Below are positions 1-8,390 of a stretch of 64,000 nucleotides of DNA, in pieces. Made by a program: the position numbers and the translations under genes. The notes under the pieces were generated by a model that saw only the letters and a program-made list of their open reading frames with translations, searched no databases and was not told the DNA's origin. Within the stretch, counting starts at the first letter, position 1. Every line of letters begins with the position of its first letter. Origin of the DNA: Candidatus Aminicenantes bacterium (GTDB lineage: Bacteria > Acidobacteriota > Aminicenantia > Aminicenantales > UBA8522); contig JAFNEO010000009.1 in the NCBI GenBank assembly GCA_017886205.1, positions 71,747-135,746 of the forward strand, written 5' to 3'.

Positions 1-2
1 AA

Positions 3-344
3 AGGCTGCGCGGACTCGACTACGACGAGATCGTCCAGAAACCCTTTGATTCTGAGAGGCTGGCCCGGTTGGTCCGGGAGATCGTCGACCGCAAGAAAAC
101 CCCGCACTCCTTCCCCGAGGAGGCGTTGATCGAGGAATCCTCCGCAGCCGGCGTCCTCCCTTTGTTTAAGGAGGAAGAGTTCATCCCGCCGCCCTCATCC
201 CAACAGCCGGGGGACGAAGTCGAGGAAAAGGTCAGGAAGATGCTCCGGGACGAAATTCTGTCGGTAGAGAGGGAACTCGAGAAGAGGATCAAAGCGTCCC
301 TCCGGGCGGAGTTCAAGGAGTGGCTGGACAGGGAGAAGAAGTAG
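3..344 (+). CDS. Response-regulator receiver protein, C-terminal part (5' end lies outside the window)
   Basis: Frame is open from position 3 and reads RLRGLDYDEIVQKPFDSERLARLVREIVD; KPF followed by a helix is the end of a receiver domain. An acidic/coiled tail follows. Confidence 0.6.
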   Translation, partial: RLRGLDYDEIVQKPFDSERLARLVREIVDRKKTPHSFPEEALIEESSAAGVLPLFKEEEFIPPPSSQQPGDEVEEKVRKMLRDEILSVERELEKRIKASLRAEFKEWLDREKK

Positions 345-346
345 AG

Positions 347-2971
347 ATGAAAATCCTGGATAAATCTTACGACCCCAAGCCGGTGGAAGAGCGGTGGTCC
401 CGCTTTTGGATCGAGGCAGGCCTCTTCACACCCGAAGTCCCCTCGGCCAAGCCGAAGTTCTCCCTGGTCCTGCCTCCCCCCAATGTCACCGGGTCGCTCC
501 ACATGGGCCATGCCCTCTGTTTCACCCTCCCCGATATCATCTCCCGCTGGAAGCGGATGAAGGGGTACAACGTCCTCTGGCTCCCCGGCACCGACCACGC
601 CTCGATCGCCGTCCACAACGTGATCGAGCAGAGTCTCAAAGAAAAAGGGCTGAGCCGGGAGACGCTCGGCCGGGAGGAGTTCCTCAAGGTCGCCTGGGAA
701 TGGAAGCGGAAGTACGGCGGCATCATCACCGGCCAGCTCAAGAAGCTCGGCTGCTCGCTGGACTGGACGCGAGAGCGCTTCACCATGGACGAGGGCTTTT
801 CCCGGGCCGTGCGCCTAGTGTTCGTCAGCCTGTATAAAGAAGGCCTGATTTACCGGGATTACTATCTGGTCAACCGCTGCCCCCGCTGCAATACGGTGCT
901 CTCCGATATCGAGATTGAGCACAAAGAGCTACAGGGTAAGCTCCACTACATCAAGTACCCTGTGCTGGAGGGGGAGAGTACGATCGTCGTCGCCACCACC
1001 CGGCCAGAGACCATGCTGGGCGATACCGCCGTCGCCGTTCACCCCGATGACGAGCGCTATAAGTCCTTCCACGGGAAGACGCTAGTCCTTCCCTTGGTGA
1101 ACCGCAAGATCCCGGTCATCACGGACAGCCGGGTTGAAAAAGACTTTGGGACCGGCGCCGTCAAGGTCACACCGGCCCACGACCCCGTGGACTTCGAGCT
1201 GGGAAAGCTGCACGGCCTCGAGCAGGTCATCGTCATCGACGGATCGGGGAAGATGACCGAGGCGGCCGGAGCGGAGTTCCAGGGACTCGACCGGTTCGAG
1301 TGCCGCCGCAGGGTCGTCGAGCGTCTCCGGGAGCAGGGCTTATTGATTAAGGTCGAGGACTATCCGCACATGGTGGGGCATCATGACCGCTGCAAAACGG
1401 TCATCGAGCCGCATCTGAGCTGGCAGTGGTTCGTGAAAATGGCTCCCCTGGCCAAGGAGGCCATTCGGGTCGTCGAGGACGGGACGATCCAGTTCATCCC
1501 GGCCAACTGGGCCAAGAGCTATTTCGAGTGGATGTACAACATCCACGACTGGTGCATCTCCCGGCAGCTCTGGTGGGGACACCGGATTCCGGCCTGGTTC
1601 TGCCGGCCCTGCGGCGAGATCATCGTGGCCATGGAAACGCCGGCGAGATGCCCGAAGTGCGGAGGCGGAGAGCTCGTGCAGGACGAAGACGTGCTCGACA
1701 CCTGGTTCAGCTCGGCGCTCTGGCCGTTTGGTACCATGGGCTGGCCGGAGAAGACCGTCGACCTGGAGATGTTCTATCCCACCGACCTAATGGGCACGGC
1801 GTTCGACATCATCTTTTTCTGGGTGGCCCGGATGATCATGATGGGGCTCAAGTTCATGGGAGAGATCCCCTTCCGCCAGGTTTTTATAAACGGCCTGGTC
1901 CGCGACTTCCGGCGCCGCAAGATGAGCAAGTCCGAGGGTAACATTATTGATCCACTGGAGATGATCGAGAAATACGGAACGGACGCGCTGCGCTTCACCG
2001 TGGCGGCGCTGGCCATACCGGGCATGGACCTGTCGCTTTCCGAAGAACGCATGCTGGGCTACAGGGCCTTCGTCAACAAGATCTGGAACGCCTCGCGGTT
2101 CGTCCTGATGAACCTGGATGAAGAGCCGGCATCGATCGCGGAGAGCGAGTTGACTTTGGCCGACCGCTGGATCCGCAGCCGCCTGGCGCGGATTACGGCC
2201 GAGCTCGAGGCGGCGCTCGACCAGTACAAGTTCTATGAGGCCGCGGAGAAAATCTATCATTTCGTTTGGCACGAGTTCTGCGACTGGTACATCGAGATGG
2301 CCAAGCCCAGCCTCCAAGCGGGGAATAGGACGACACAAGCCGTGCTGGCCGGTGCTTTGGACCATATCCTGAAGCTCCTCAACCCGTTCATGCCGTTTGT
2401 CACCGAGGAGATCTGGAGCCACCTACCGGGTCACGGCAGATCCCTGGTCACGGCTGCTTTCCCCAAGAGCGAGGCGGCGGACGTAAACCCGCACGCCGAG
2501 GAGGAGATGAGCCTCCTCCAGGCACTCGTGGTCGAGGTTCGGACTATCCGGGCGGAAAACAAGATTTCGCCCCAAAAGAAGACCGCCATCCTGTTGAAGG
2601 CGCCGGGAGAGAAGGAGAAAGGGTTTATCCCCGAGATCCGGGCATACATCCTGGCCCTGGCCAACGGCTCCGAGGTCAGGGTCGAGGACCGGTTCCCGCC
2701 CGAGGCCCGGCTTCTCAAGGGCGTGGCGGGGTCCTGGGAAGTGGCGATCCCCCTGGAAGGAGAGGGCGACCTGGAGGCTGAGCGGGCCAGGCTGGAGAAG
2801 GAGATCAAGAAGGTGGAGGCCGAGATCGAAAAGCTCGAGGGCCGGCTCCAGAAGAAGGCCTTCCTCGAGCGGGCGCCCGGGCCGATTATCGAGGAGGCCA
2901 AGCAGAGCCTCCTCGGATGTCGAGATAAAAAGGCCAAGCTCCAGAAGAGCCTGGACAATATAAAGGCATAG
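347..2971 (+). CDS. valS: Valine--tRNA ligase
   Basis: PPPNVTGSLHMGH, TTRPETMLGD, DWCISRQLWWGH and KMSKS motifs plus a C-terminal coiled coil. ATG at 347 is preferred over the ORF-track start at 320. Confidence 0.98.
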   Translation: MKILDKSYDPKPVEERWSRFWIEAGLFTPEVPSAKPKFSLVLPPPNVTGSLHMGHALCFTLPDIISRWKRMKGYNVLWLPGTDHASIAVHNVIEQSLKEKGLSRETLGREEFLKVAWEWKRKYGGIITGQLKKLGCSLDWTRERFTMDEGFSRAVRLVFVSLYKEGLIYRDYYLVNRCPRCNTVLSDIEIEHKELQGKLHYIKYPVLEGESTIVVATTRPETMLGDTAVAVHPDDERYKSFHGKTLVLPLVNRKIPVITDSRVEKDFGTGAVKVTPAHDPVDFELGKLHGLEQVIVIDGSGKMTEAAGAEFQGLDRFECRRRVVERLREQGLLIKVEDYPHMVGHHDRCKTVIEPHLSWQWFVKMAPLAKEAIRVVEDGTIQFIPANWAKSYFEWMYNIHDWCISRQLWWGHRIPAWFCRPCGEIIVAMETPARCPKCGGGELVQDEDVLDTWFSSALWPFGTMGWPEKTVDLEMFYPTDLMGTAFDIIFFWVARMIMMGLKFMGEIPFRQVFINGLVRDFRRRKMSKSEGNIIDPLEMIEKYGTDALRFTVAALAIPGMDLSLSEERMLGYRAFVNKIWNASRFVLMNLDEEPASIAESELTLADRWIRSRLARITAELEAALDQYKFYEAAEKIYHFVWHEFCDWYIEMAKPSLQAGNRTTQAVLAGALDHILKLLNPFMPFVTEEIWSHLPGHGRSLVTAAFPKSEAADVNPHAEEEMSLLQALVVEVRTIRAENKISPQKKTAILLKAPGEKEKGFIPEIRAYILALANGSEVRVEDRFPPEARLLKGVAGSWEVAIPLEGEGDLEAERARLEKEIKKVEAEIEKLEGRLQKKAFLERAPGPIIEEAKQSLLGCRDKKAKLQKSLDNIKA

Positions 2972-2991
2972 CCGCGTCTTGCGGTCCTCCC

Positions 2992-3738
2992 ATGACCATC
3001 GGAACGACCATTCACAGCTTCTCCACGTGTCCCTCGACCAACGACCTGGCCAAACGGCTGGCCCGGGAGGGCTCGGCCGAGGGGACTGTGGTTCTCGCCG
3101 AAGAGCAGACCGAGGGCCGGGGGACCAAGGGGCGGAGCTGGCATTCACCCCGCGGCCAGGGCCTGTACGCGTCCATCATCCTGAGGCCGCTGCGCGCCGA
3201 CCTCTCCTTGCTTCCTCTTGCGGCCGGAGTCGCCTGCCTGGAGGCCATCCGGGAAGCGACCGGGCTCGAGGCCGCTCTCGAGTGGCCCAACGACATCGTC
3301 TGGAAACACCGCAAGCTCGGGGGCATCCTTTGCGAGGGCGAATTCCTGGGAAGCGCGGTGAGCTTCGCTGTCCTGGGCATCGGCCTGAACATAGGCCAGA
3401 TAAGGGACGACTTCCCCGCCGCGCTCCGGAGGACGGCGACCTCCCTACGGCTCGCCCTGGGCCGGGAGGTGGACAGGGCTGCGGTCGAAACGGCCCTCTG
3501 GCCGGTGCTCGACCGCTGGTACACGACGTGGGTTCGCGGCCGCAAAGAAGAGATCGTCCGGACGTATGAGTCTCGACTCGTTATCCCGGCCGGAGCGGAC
3601 GTCGAAGTCCGGAGGGAGGAAGGAACTCTGCGCGGAGTCTACCGCGGGATCGACCTCCGGGCGAGACTTAAGCTGGAAAAAGACGGAAAGGAAATCTTAT
3701 TATCCCCGGCAGAAATTTTGGCTATTGATTATAATTAG
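2992..3738 (+). CDS. birA: Biotin--[acetyl-CoA-carboxylase] ligase, without N-terminal HTH
   Basis: STN, QTEGRGTKGRSWHSP, WPND, KLGGILCE and GIGLN motifs. Confidence 0.93.
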   Translation: MTIGTTIHSFSTCPSTNDLAKRLAREGSAEGTVVLAEEQTEGRGTKGRSWHSPRGQGLYASIILRPLRADLSLLPLAAGVACLEAIREATGLEAALEWPNDIVWKHRKLGGILCEGEFLGSAVSFAVLGIGLNIGQIRDDFPAALRRTATSLRLALGREVDRAAVETALWPVLDRWYTTWVRGRKEEIVRTYESRLVIPAGADVEVRREEGTLRGVYRGIDLRARLKLEKDGKEILLSPAEILAIDYN

Positions 3739-3767
3739 GGCGCGCCCCGAAAAAGGAGACATGAACC

Positions 3768-4550
3768 ATGCTTCTGGCCATAGACATCGGGAACACCACG
3801 GTCGACCTGGGCGTTTTTGAGGGGAAGAGGCTGCTCAAGGACTGGAGGATCCGGTCTGTGCGGGAAAAGACGGCCGATGAGTACGGCATCACGCTGCTCG
3901 AGCTGCTGCGCACCTCCGGCCTCGACCCTTCGGCCATCAAGGGTGTCATCATCTCGAGCGTCGTTCCTCCGCTGACGCCGGCTTTCCAGGTCTTAAGCCA
4001 GAGTCTTTTAGGAGTAAAAGCCCTGGTCGTCGGTCCCGGCCTGCGGACCGGGATGCCCATCCTCTACGAGAACCCCGGCGAAGTGGGAGCGGACCGGGTG
4101 GTCGCCTCGGTCGGGGCCTTCGAGAAATACGGCGGTCCCTGCATCGTCGTGGATTTCGGAACGGCCACTACCTTTGATGCCGTCACGGCCAAGGGCGAAT
4201 ATCTGGGCGGCGCCATCGCCCCCGGAATCCAGATTTCGGCCGAGGCCCTCTACTTGCGGACGGCCAAGCTACCGCGGATCGAGGTCATCAAGCCGAAAAA
4301 GCCCATCGGCAAGACCACTGTCGCCAGCATGCAGTCGGGGATCTATCTTGGCTATATCGGCCTGGTCAACAACATCATCGCCGAGATCAGCAAAGAGATC
4401 GGGGTGGAGCCCAAGATCGTCGTCACCGGAGGGTTCGCTTCCCAGTTCGGGCCGGAGATCAGGGCCCCCCATCACCACGAGCCGCACCTGGTCCTCGAAG
4501 GCCTGCGGATCGTCTTCGAAAGGAACAAGGAGGAGAGACCAGCCGCCTGA
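3768..4550 (+). CDS. coaX: Type III pantothenate kinase
   Basis: LAIDIGNT, GADR, VVDFGTATT and GGAIAPG motifs; AAGGAG lies upstream. Confidence 0.96.
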   Translation: MLLAIDIGNTTVDLGVFEGKRLLKDWRIRSVREKTADEYGITLLELLRTSGLDPSAIKGVIISSVVPPLTPAFQVLSQSLLGVKALVVGPGLRTGMPILYENPGEVGADRVVASVGAFEKYGGPCIVVDFGTATTFDAVTAKGEYLGGAIAPGIQISAEALYLRTAKLPRIEVIKPKKPIGKTTVASMQSGIYLGYIGLVNNIIAEISKEIGVEPKIVVTGGFASQFGPEIRAPHHHEPHLVLEGLRIVFERNKEERPAA

Positions 4551-4581
4551 CGGTCAAAACACGGCCGGGACGAGGACGCTC

Positions 4582-5220
4582 ATGCCGCGAAAGGAAAATA
4601 AGAGTTTCTATTTCCAGGAAATCGCCAGGGCGTTCTTCGGCCTCCGCGGAGCGCCGTTCGTCCTCTCCTCCACGGACATGGTGACAATCTCTTCCTGGGA
4701 GGAGAGAGGCATTCCGCTGCGGATCGTCCTGGAGGGGATGGAGCGGGCCTTCGAGAACTACAGGAAGAGGGCGGCCCGGGGACGGAAGATGTCCTCTCTG
4801 TCTTTCTGTCAGGCCGAGATCTTGAGAGCTTTCGCCGAATTCAGGGACCGTGGGGTCGGCCGGGCCGAAAAAGGGGAATCCCGGGAGGACAAGAGAAAAA
4901 GGATTAAGGTCGAGGTCGAACGGTTCCTGAAGCTCCTGCCTGCCGAGGCGGGCTTTCTGGGCGAGGTCTATCGAGAGGCGCTGGCCGTCCTCAGCCGGAA
5001 AGAGGTCTCTGAAGAGACCCTCGAACGGCTGGACGCTAGGACCGAGGTGTTGATCGCCAAGCAGGCCGATGCCGCCGACCGGACGGAAGTGGAGAGGCGC
5101 GTCCGAGCGGATTTCCCCGGCCGTTCGGCGGAAGAGCTTCAGGGAATATGCCTTTTAGAGCTGGTCAAGCGGTGGCGCAAGAGATACCGGATTCCCTACC
5201 TCAGTTTTTATTATTATTAA
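4582..5220 (+). CDS. Hypothetical protein with a DnaD/DDBH2-like N-terminal helical motif
   Basis: Likely start is the ATG at 4582 (MPRKENKSFYFQEIAR); the upstream part of the 4174 ORF overlaps coaX. Contains LSSTDMVTISSWEERGIPLRIVLEGMERAF. Confidence 0.7.
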   Translation: MPRKENKSFYFQEIARAFFGLRGAPFVLSSTDMVTISSWEERGIPLRIVLEGMERAFENYRKRAARGRKMSSLSFCQAEILRAFAEFRDRGVGRAEKGESREDKRKRIKVEVERFLKLLPAEAGFLGEVYREALAVLSRKEVSEETLERLDARTEVLIAKQADAADRTEVERRVRADFPGRSAEELQGICLLELVKRWRKRYRIPYLSFYYY

Positions 5221-5224
5221 GACG

Positions 5225-7291
5225 ATGGAAGACGACGTACTGGCCTTGCTGAAACAAAAAAAGGGAGGGCTGTCCTTCCCTCAACTGGCCGGACTCCTCC
5301 ATGTCCGCGGACGTGCGCAGACGAAACTCCGGGCGGCGCTCAAGGTCCTGGAGAAGCGGGGAGCGATCTATAGGAAAAGAGACAACTATATCGTACCCCC
5401 GGACAGGACGGTCGTGCGCGGCGAGTTTCTTTCTTCGAACCGGGGATTCGGGTTTGTCCGGCCCGAGGGCGGCGGCCGGGAGGACGTTTTCATCCCGGCC
5501 CGGTATACTCTAGGAGCGCTCGGCGGCGACCTTGTTGAAATCTCGGTCAAGGAAAAGGGGAAGAAGGGAAAGCCCGAAGGGCAGGTCGTCCGCCTGCTGA
5601 AAAAAGGGCGGGAAACGCTGCTTGGGGTTTATAAGGAGCGGTTCGGGCAGCCGTATCTGGCGCCTTTTGATTCCTCGGCGGAAGAAATCCCGCTCTCCTC
5701 AACCGGCCGATTTTCCCCTTCGGACGGGGTCATCGTCGAAGCGGATCGGGATACGCTGGCCGTTAGGGATGTGCTCGGAATGCCCGACGATCCCGGCGTC
5801 GACACCCGGGTGATCATCAAACGCTTCGGCCTCAGATCGGAATTCCCGACCCAGGCTGCTGCCGAGGCCAAGAAGGTTCCGCGCCGGATTTCGGCCCAGG
5901 ACACAGAGGGAAGGGTCGACTACCGGGACTGGGCGACGGTGACGATCGACGGAGAGACGGCCCAGGACTTCGACGACGCGGTCAGCATCAGGAGGCTCCC
6001 CTCGGGTCACTATCGGCTCGCCGTCCACATCGCCGACGTCTCCCACTATGTCCGGCCGGGTTCCGCCCTGGACGAGGAGGCCCGAGGCCGGGCGACGAGC
6101 GTCTATTTTCCCGGCCTCACCCTGCCCATGCTCCCGGAAGAGCTCTCCAATGACCTCTGCAGCCTGCGGCCGCGGAAGCTGCGGCTGACCGTGACCGCGG
6201 TTCTCGAGGTCGACCTTAAAGGCCGAGTCGTCAAGGCCAAATTTCATCCTTCGATTATCAAGACGGTCGAGCGGATGACCTATACGTCGGTGTTCAAGAT
6301 CCTTGAGGGCGATGAGAAAGAGCGGCGGAAATACGCGGCCTTGGTCCCGGACTTCTTGCTGATGCGGGAGCTGGCGGCCGTTCTCAGGGCGAGGAGAGAA
6401 GAGCAGGGGAGCTTGAATTTCGACCTCCTCGAGCCCGAGCTCGTCTACCAGGAAGGCCGGCTCCAGGGGATCGCCGCGTTCGAGTCGAACGAGGCCCATC
6501 ATCTTATCGAGGAATTCATGGTGGCGGCCAACGAGGCGGTGGCCCGGTTTCTCAGCGAGGAAGAGCGGCCGTCTCTCTATCGCGTCCATCCTCCGCCCGG
6601 CCGGGCCGACCTCGAGGAACTGAGGGGTCTCCTTGAATGTTTCGGGCTGATGCTGCCTAAGCCCGAGAAAACGACCTCCCGAGACCTGCAGCGGGTCTTG
6701 AAGCTGGTGGAGGGAAAGCCGGAGGAAAAGATCATCCAGTTCCATGTCCTCCGGGCCCTCCGGATGGCGGCCTACGAGCCGGAGAATACCGGCCACTACG
6801 GCCTGGCGAAAAAGGACTACACTCATTTCACTTCCCCGATCCGGCGCTATCCCGACCTCATCGTCCACCGGGCTCTCAAGGCAGCGCTGCGGGGCGAAAG
6901 AGAAGACATCCCCGGTCTGCCCTCTCTGGCTCTTCATTGCTCCGAGCGGGAGAGGAAGGCGGACGGGGCTGAAAAAGAGCTGGTGGAATGGCGCATCTTC
7001 CGCTTCCTCAAGGCCAAGCTCGGAGAGGAGGTCAAGGGCATCATCGTCGACATCATCAATGCCGGAGTCGTGGTGGAGCTCGAGGATTACTTTGTTCGGG
7101 GCCTCATCCCCTTTGCCGACCTCGGGGGTGACTATTACTATCGCCGGTCGAAGCAGCTCCTCGTCGGCCGGCGTTCGGGCAGGCGGTTCACTATGGGCCA
7201 GCGGGTAAATGTCATCCTGGCGGCGGTCGACCCGCTGCTTCGCCGGATGACTCTGGTGTTGAGCCGCGAGGGCAAGAGAGGATCGCGATGA
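5225..7291 (+). CDS. rnr: Ribonuclease R
   Basis: N-terminal HTH, cold-shock GFGFV, RNB motifs TIDGETAQDFDDAVS and HFTSPIRRYPD, C-terminal S1 domain. Confidence 0.95.
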   Translation: MEDDVLALLKQKKGGLSFPQLAGLLHVRGRAQTKLRAALKVLEKRGAIYRKRDNYIVPPDRTVVRGEFLSSNRGFGFVRPEGGGREDVFIPARYTLGALGGDLVEISVKEKGKKGKPEGQVVRLLKKGRETLLGVYKERFGQPYLAPFDSSAEEIPLSSTGRFSPSDGVIVEADRDTLAVRDVLGMPDDPGVDTRVIIKRFGLRSEFPTQAAAEAKKVPRRISAQDTEGRVDYRDWATVTIDGETAQDFDDAVSIRRLPSGHYRLAVHIADVSHYVRPGSALDEEARGRATSVYFPGLTLPMLPEELSNDLCSLRPRKLRLTVTAVLEVDLKGRVVKAKFHPSIIKTVERMTYTSVFKILEGDEKERRKYAALVPDFLLMRELAAVLRARREEQGSLNFDLLEPELVYQEGRLQGIAAFESNEAHHLIEEFMVAANEAVARFLSEEERPSLYRVHPPPGRADLEELRGLLECFGLMLPKPEKTTSRDLQRVLKLVEGKPEEKIIQFHVLRALRMAAYEPENTGHYGLAKKDYTHFTSPIRRYPDLIVHRALKAALRGEREDIPGLPSLALHCSERERKADGAEKELVEWRIFRFLKAKLGEEVKGIIVDIINAGVVVELEDYFVRGLIPFADLGGDYYYRRSKQLLVGRRSGRRFTMGQRVNVILAAVDPLLRRMTLVLSREGKRGSR

Positions 7292-8373
7292 GGACCCAAC
7301 AGTTCGAGGCATCATTGGTGCTGGAGGACAGAGAAGGGACTCTCCCCGCCCAGGCGACGCTTCTCATCGGTGAACAAAAAGTGATCGCCGCGGTCCGCTC
7401 CTATGGCCCCGGGCCGGAGCCCAAGCGCGGGCGCCTTTTCTTGCGGGCGGTGGCTCGCCGTCCCCTTACGCTCAAGTGGAATAACACCTTCGCCGTTCTG
7501 GATACCCAGAAACGGGAGAGGATCGGGCGGGGGACGGTCCTCAACCCCGGCGTGCAGGAAGAGGCCAAGAGGAACGAGGAAGTTGATTGGGATTTTCTCC
7601 TGGCTCTCTCCGGAGACGAGATGGACATGCTCGATGCCCTCTGCCGGAAAAAGGGAACGAGCGGCCTCCACGAAAGGGAAATCACGGAGTTCTGTGACCT
7701 AAGCGAAGAGCGGCTCCTCCAATGGGGAGAAAAAATGGAGGAGGAGGGTAAGGTCAAGATCCTGTCCTTTTCGCCACTCCACCTAATATCCCGCGAGAGC
7801 TTTGACCACCTCGGCGAAAAAATCCTGGCCTACCTCGACCAGTTCCACGAAAAGCAGCCCGCCCAGAAGGGTGTGCTCCTCGAGAAGGTCAAGAAGAGGT
7901 TCGGCGTCTCCGAGAAGGTCCTGCACCTCGCTGTCAAGACGCTGGAAAAGGCCGGGAGGGCGCGCCAGGCCGGACCCCGTCTGATGCTCCCCTCTCATGA
8001 GATGGCGCTGTCGGCCCAGGAGGAGAAGATCCTCCAGAGGCTCGAGGAGATGTGCTACCGGGGCGAATTCCAGTCCGTCTCCCTGGAGGAAATCCGGCGG
8101 CAGTTCCACCTCTCCCAAGAGCGGCTGGAGAAGCTGCTCTCGCTCCTGACCGAACGGAAAAAGGTCATCCAGGGGCCGGAGGGGCTGTTCATCCATTCCC
8201 TCTGGCTGGATGATATCATCGTCCGGGTGAGGGCATTGGGTAAGAAGGAGATGACGGTGGCCAAGTTCAAGGAGCTCTCGGGCCTGAGCCGGAAATACGC
8301 CATCCCGCTTCTTGAGCTTCTCGACCAGATGGGTGTTACCCGCCGCCACGGCCCAGTGCGGGAAATTCTTTGA
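7288..8373 (+). CDS. SelB-like protein: EF domain III plus C-terminal winged helices, no GTPase domain
   Basis: C-terminus MTVAKFKELSGLSRKYAIPLLELLDQMGVTRRHG matches SelB WH4. N-terminus ending in IGRGTVLNP resembles SelB domain III. No P-loop. ATGA overlap with rnr. Confidence 0.8.
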   Translation: MRTQQFEASLVLEDREGTLPAQATLLIGEQKVIAAVRSYGPGPEPKRGRLFLRAVARRPLTLKWNNTFAVLDTQKRERIGRGTVLNPGVQEEAKRNEEVDWDFLLALSGDEMDMLDALCRKKGTSGLHEREITEFCDLSEERLLQWGEKMEEEGKVKILSFSPLHLISRESFDHLGEKILAYLDQFHEKQPAQKGVLLEKVKKRFGVSEKVLHLAVKTLEKAGRARQAGPRLMLPSHEMALSAQEEKILQRLEEMCYRGEFQSVSLEEIRRQFHLSQERLEKLLSLLTERKKVIQGPEGLFIHSLWLDDIIVRVRALGKKEMTVAKFKELSGLSRKYAIPLLELLDQMGVTRRHGPVREIL

Positions 8374-8390
8374 AAGAGGAGCGGATCACG

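Noticed and set aside
5699-7315. Long antisense or alternate-frame ORFs (for example 5699-7315, 15037-16602, 29392-30849, 36085-37698)
   Set aside because: They lie opposite well-supported genes in high-GC DNA and contain no recognisable motifs.
7289-7390. Sec read-through of the rnr TGA into the SelB-like ORF
   Set aside because: The two ORFs are in different frames (ATGA overlap), read-through meets another TGA after about 30 codons, and no convincing SECIS was seen.
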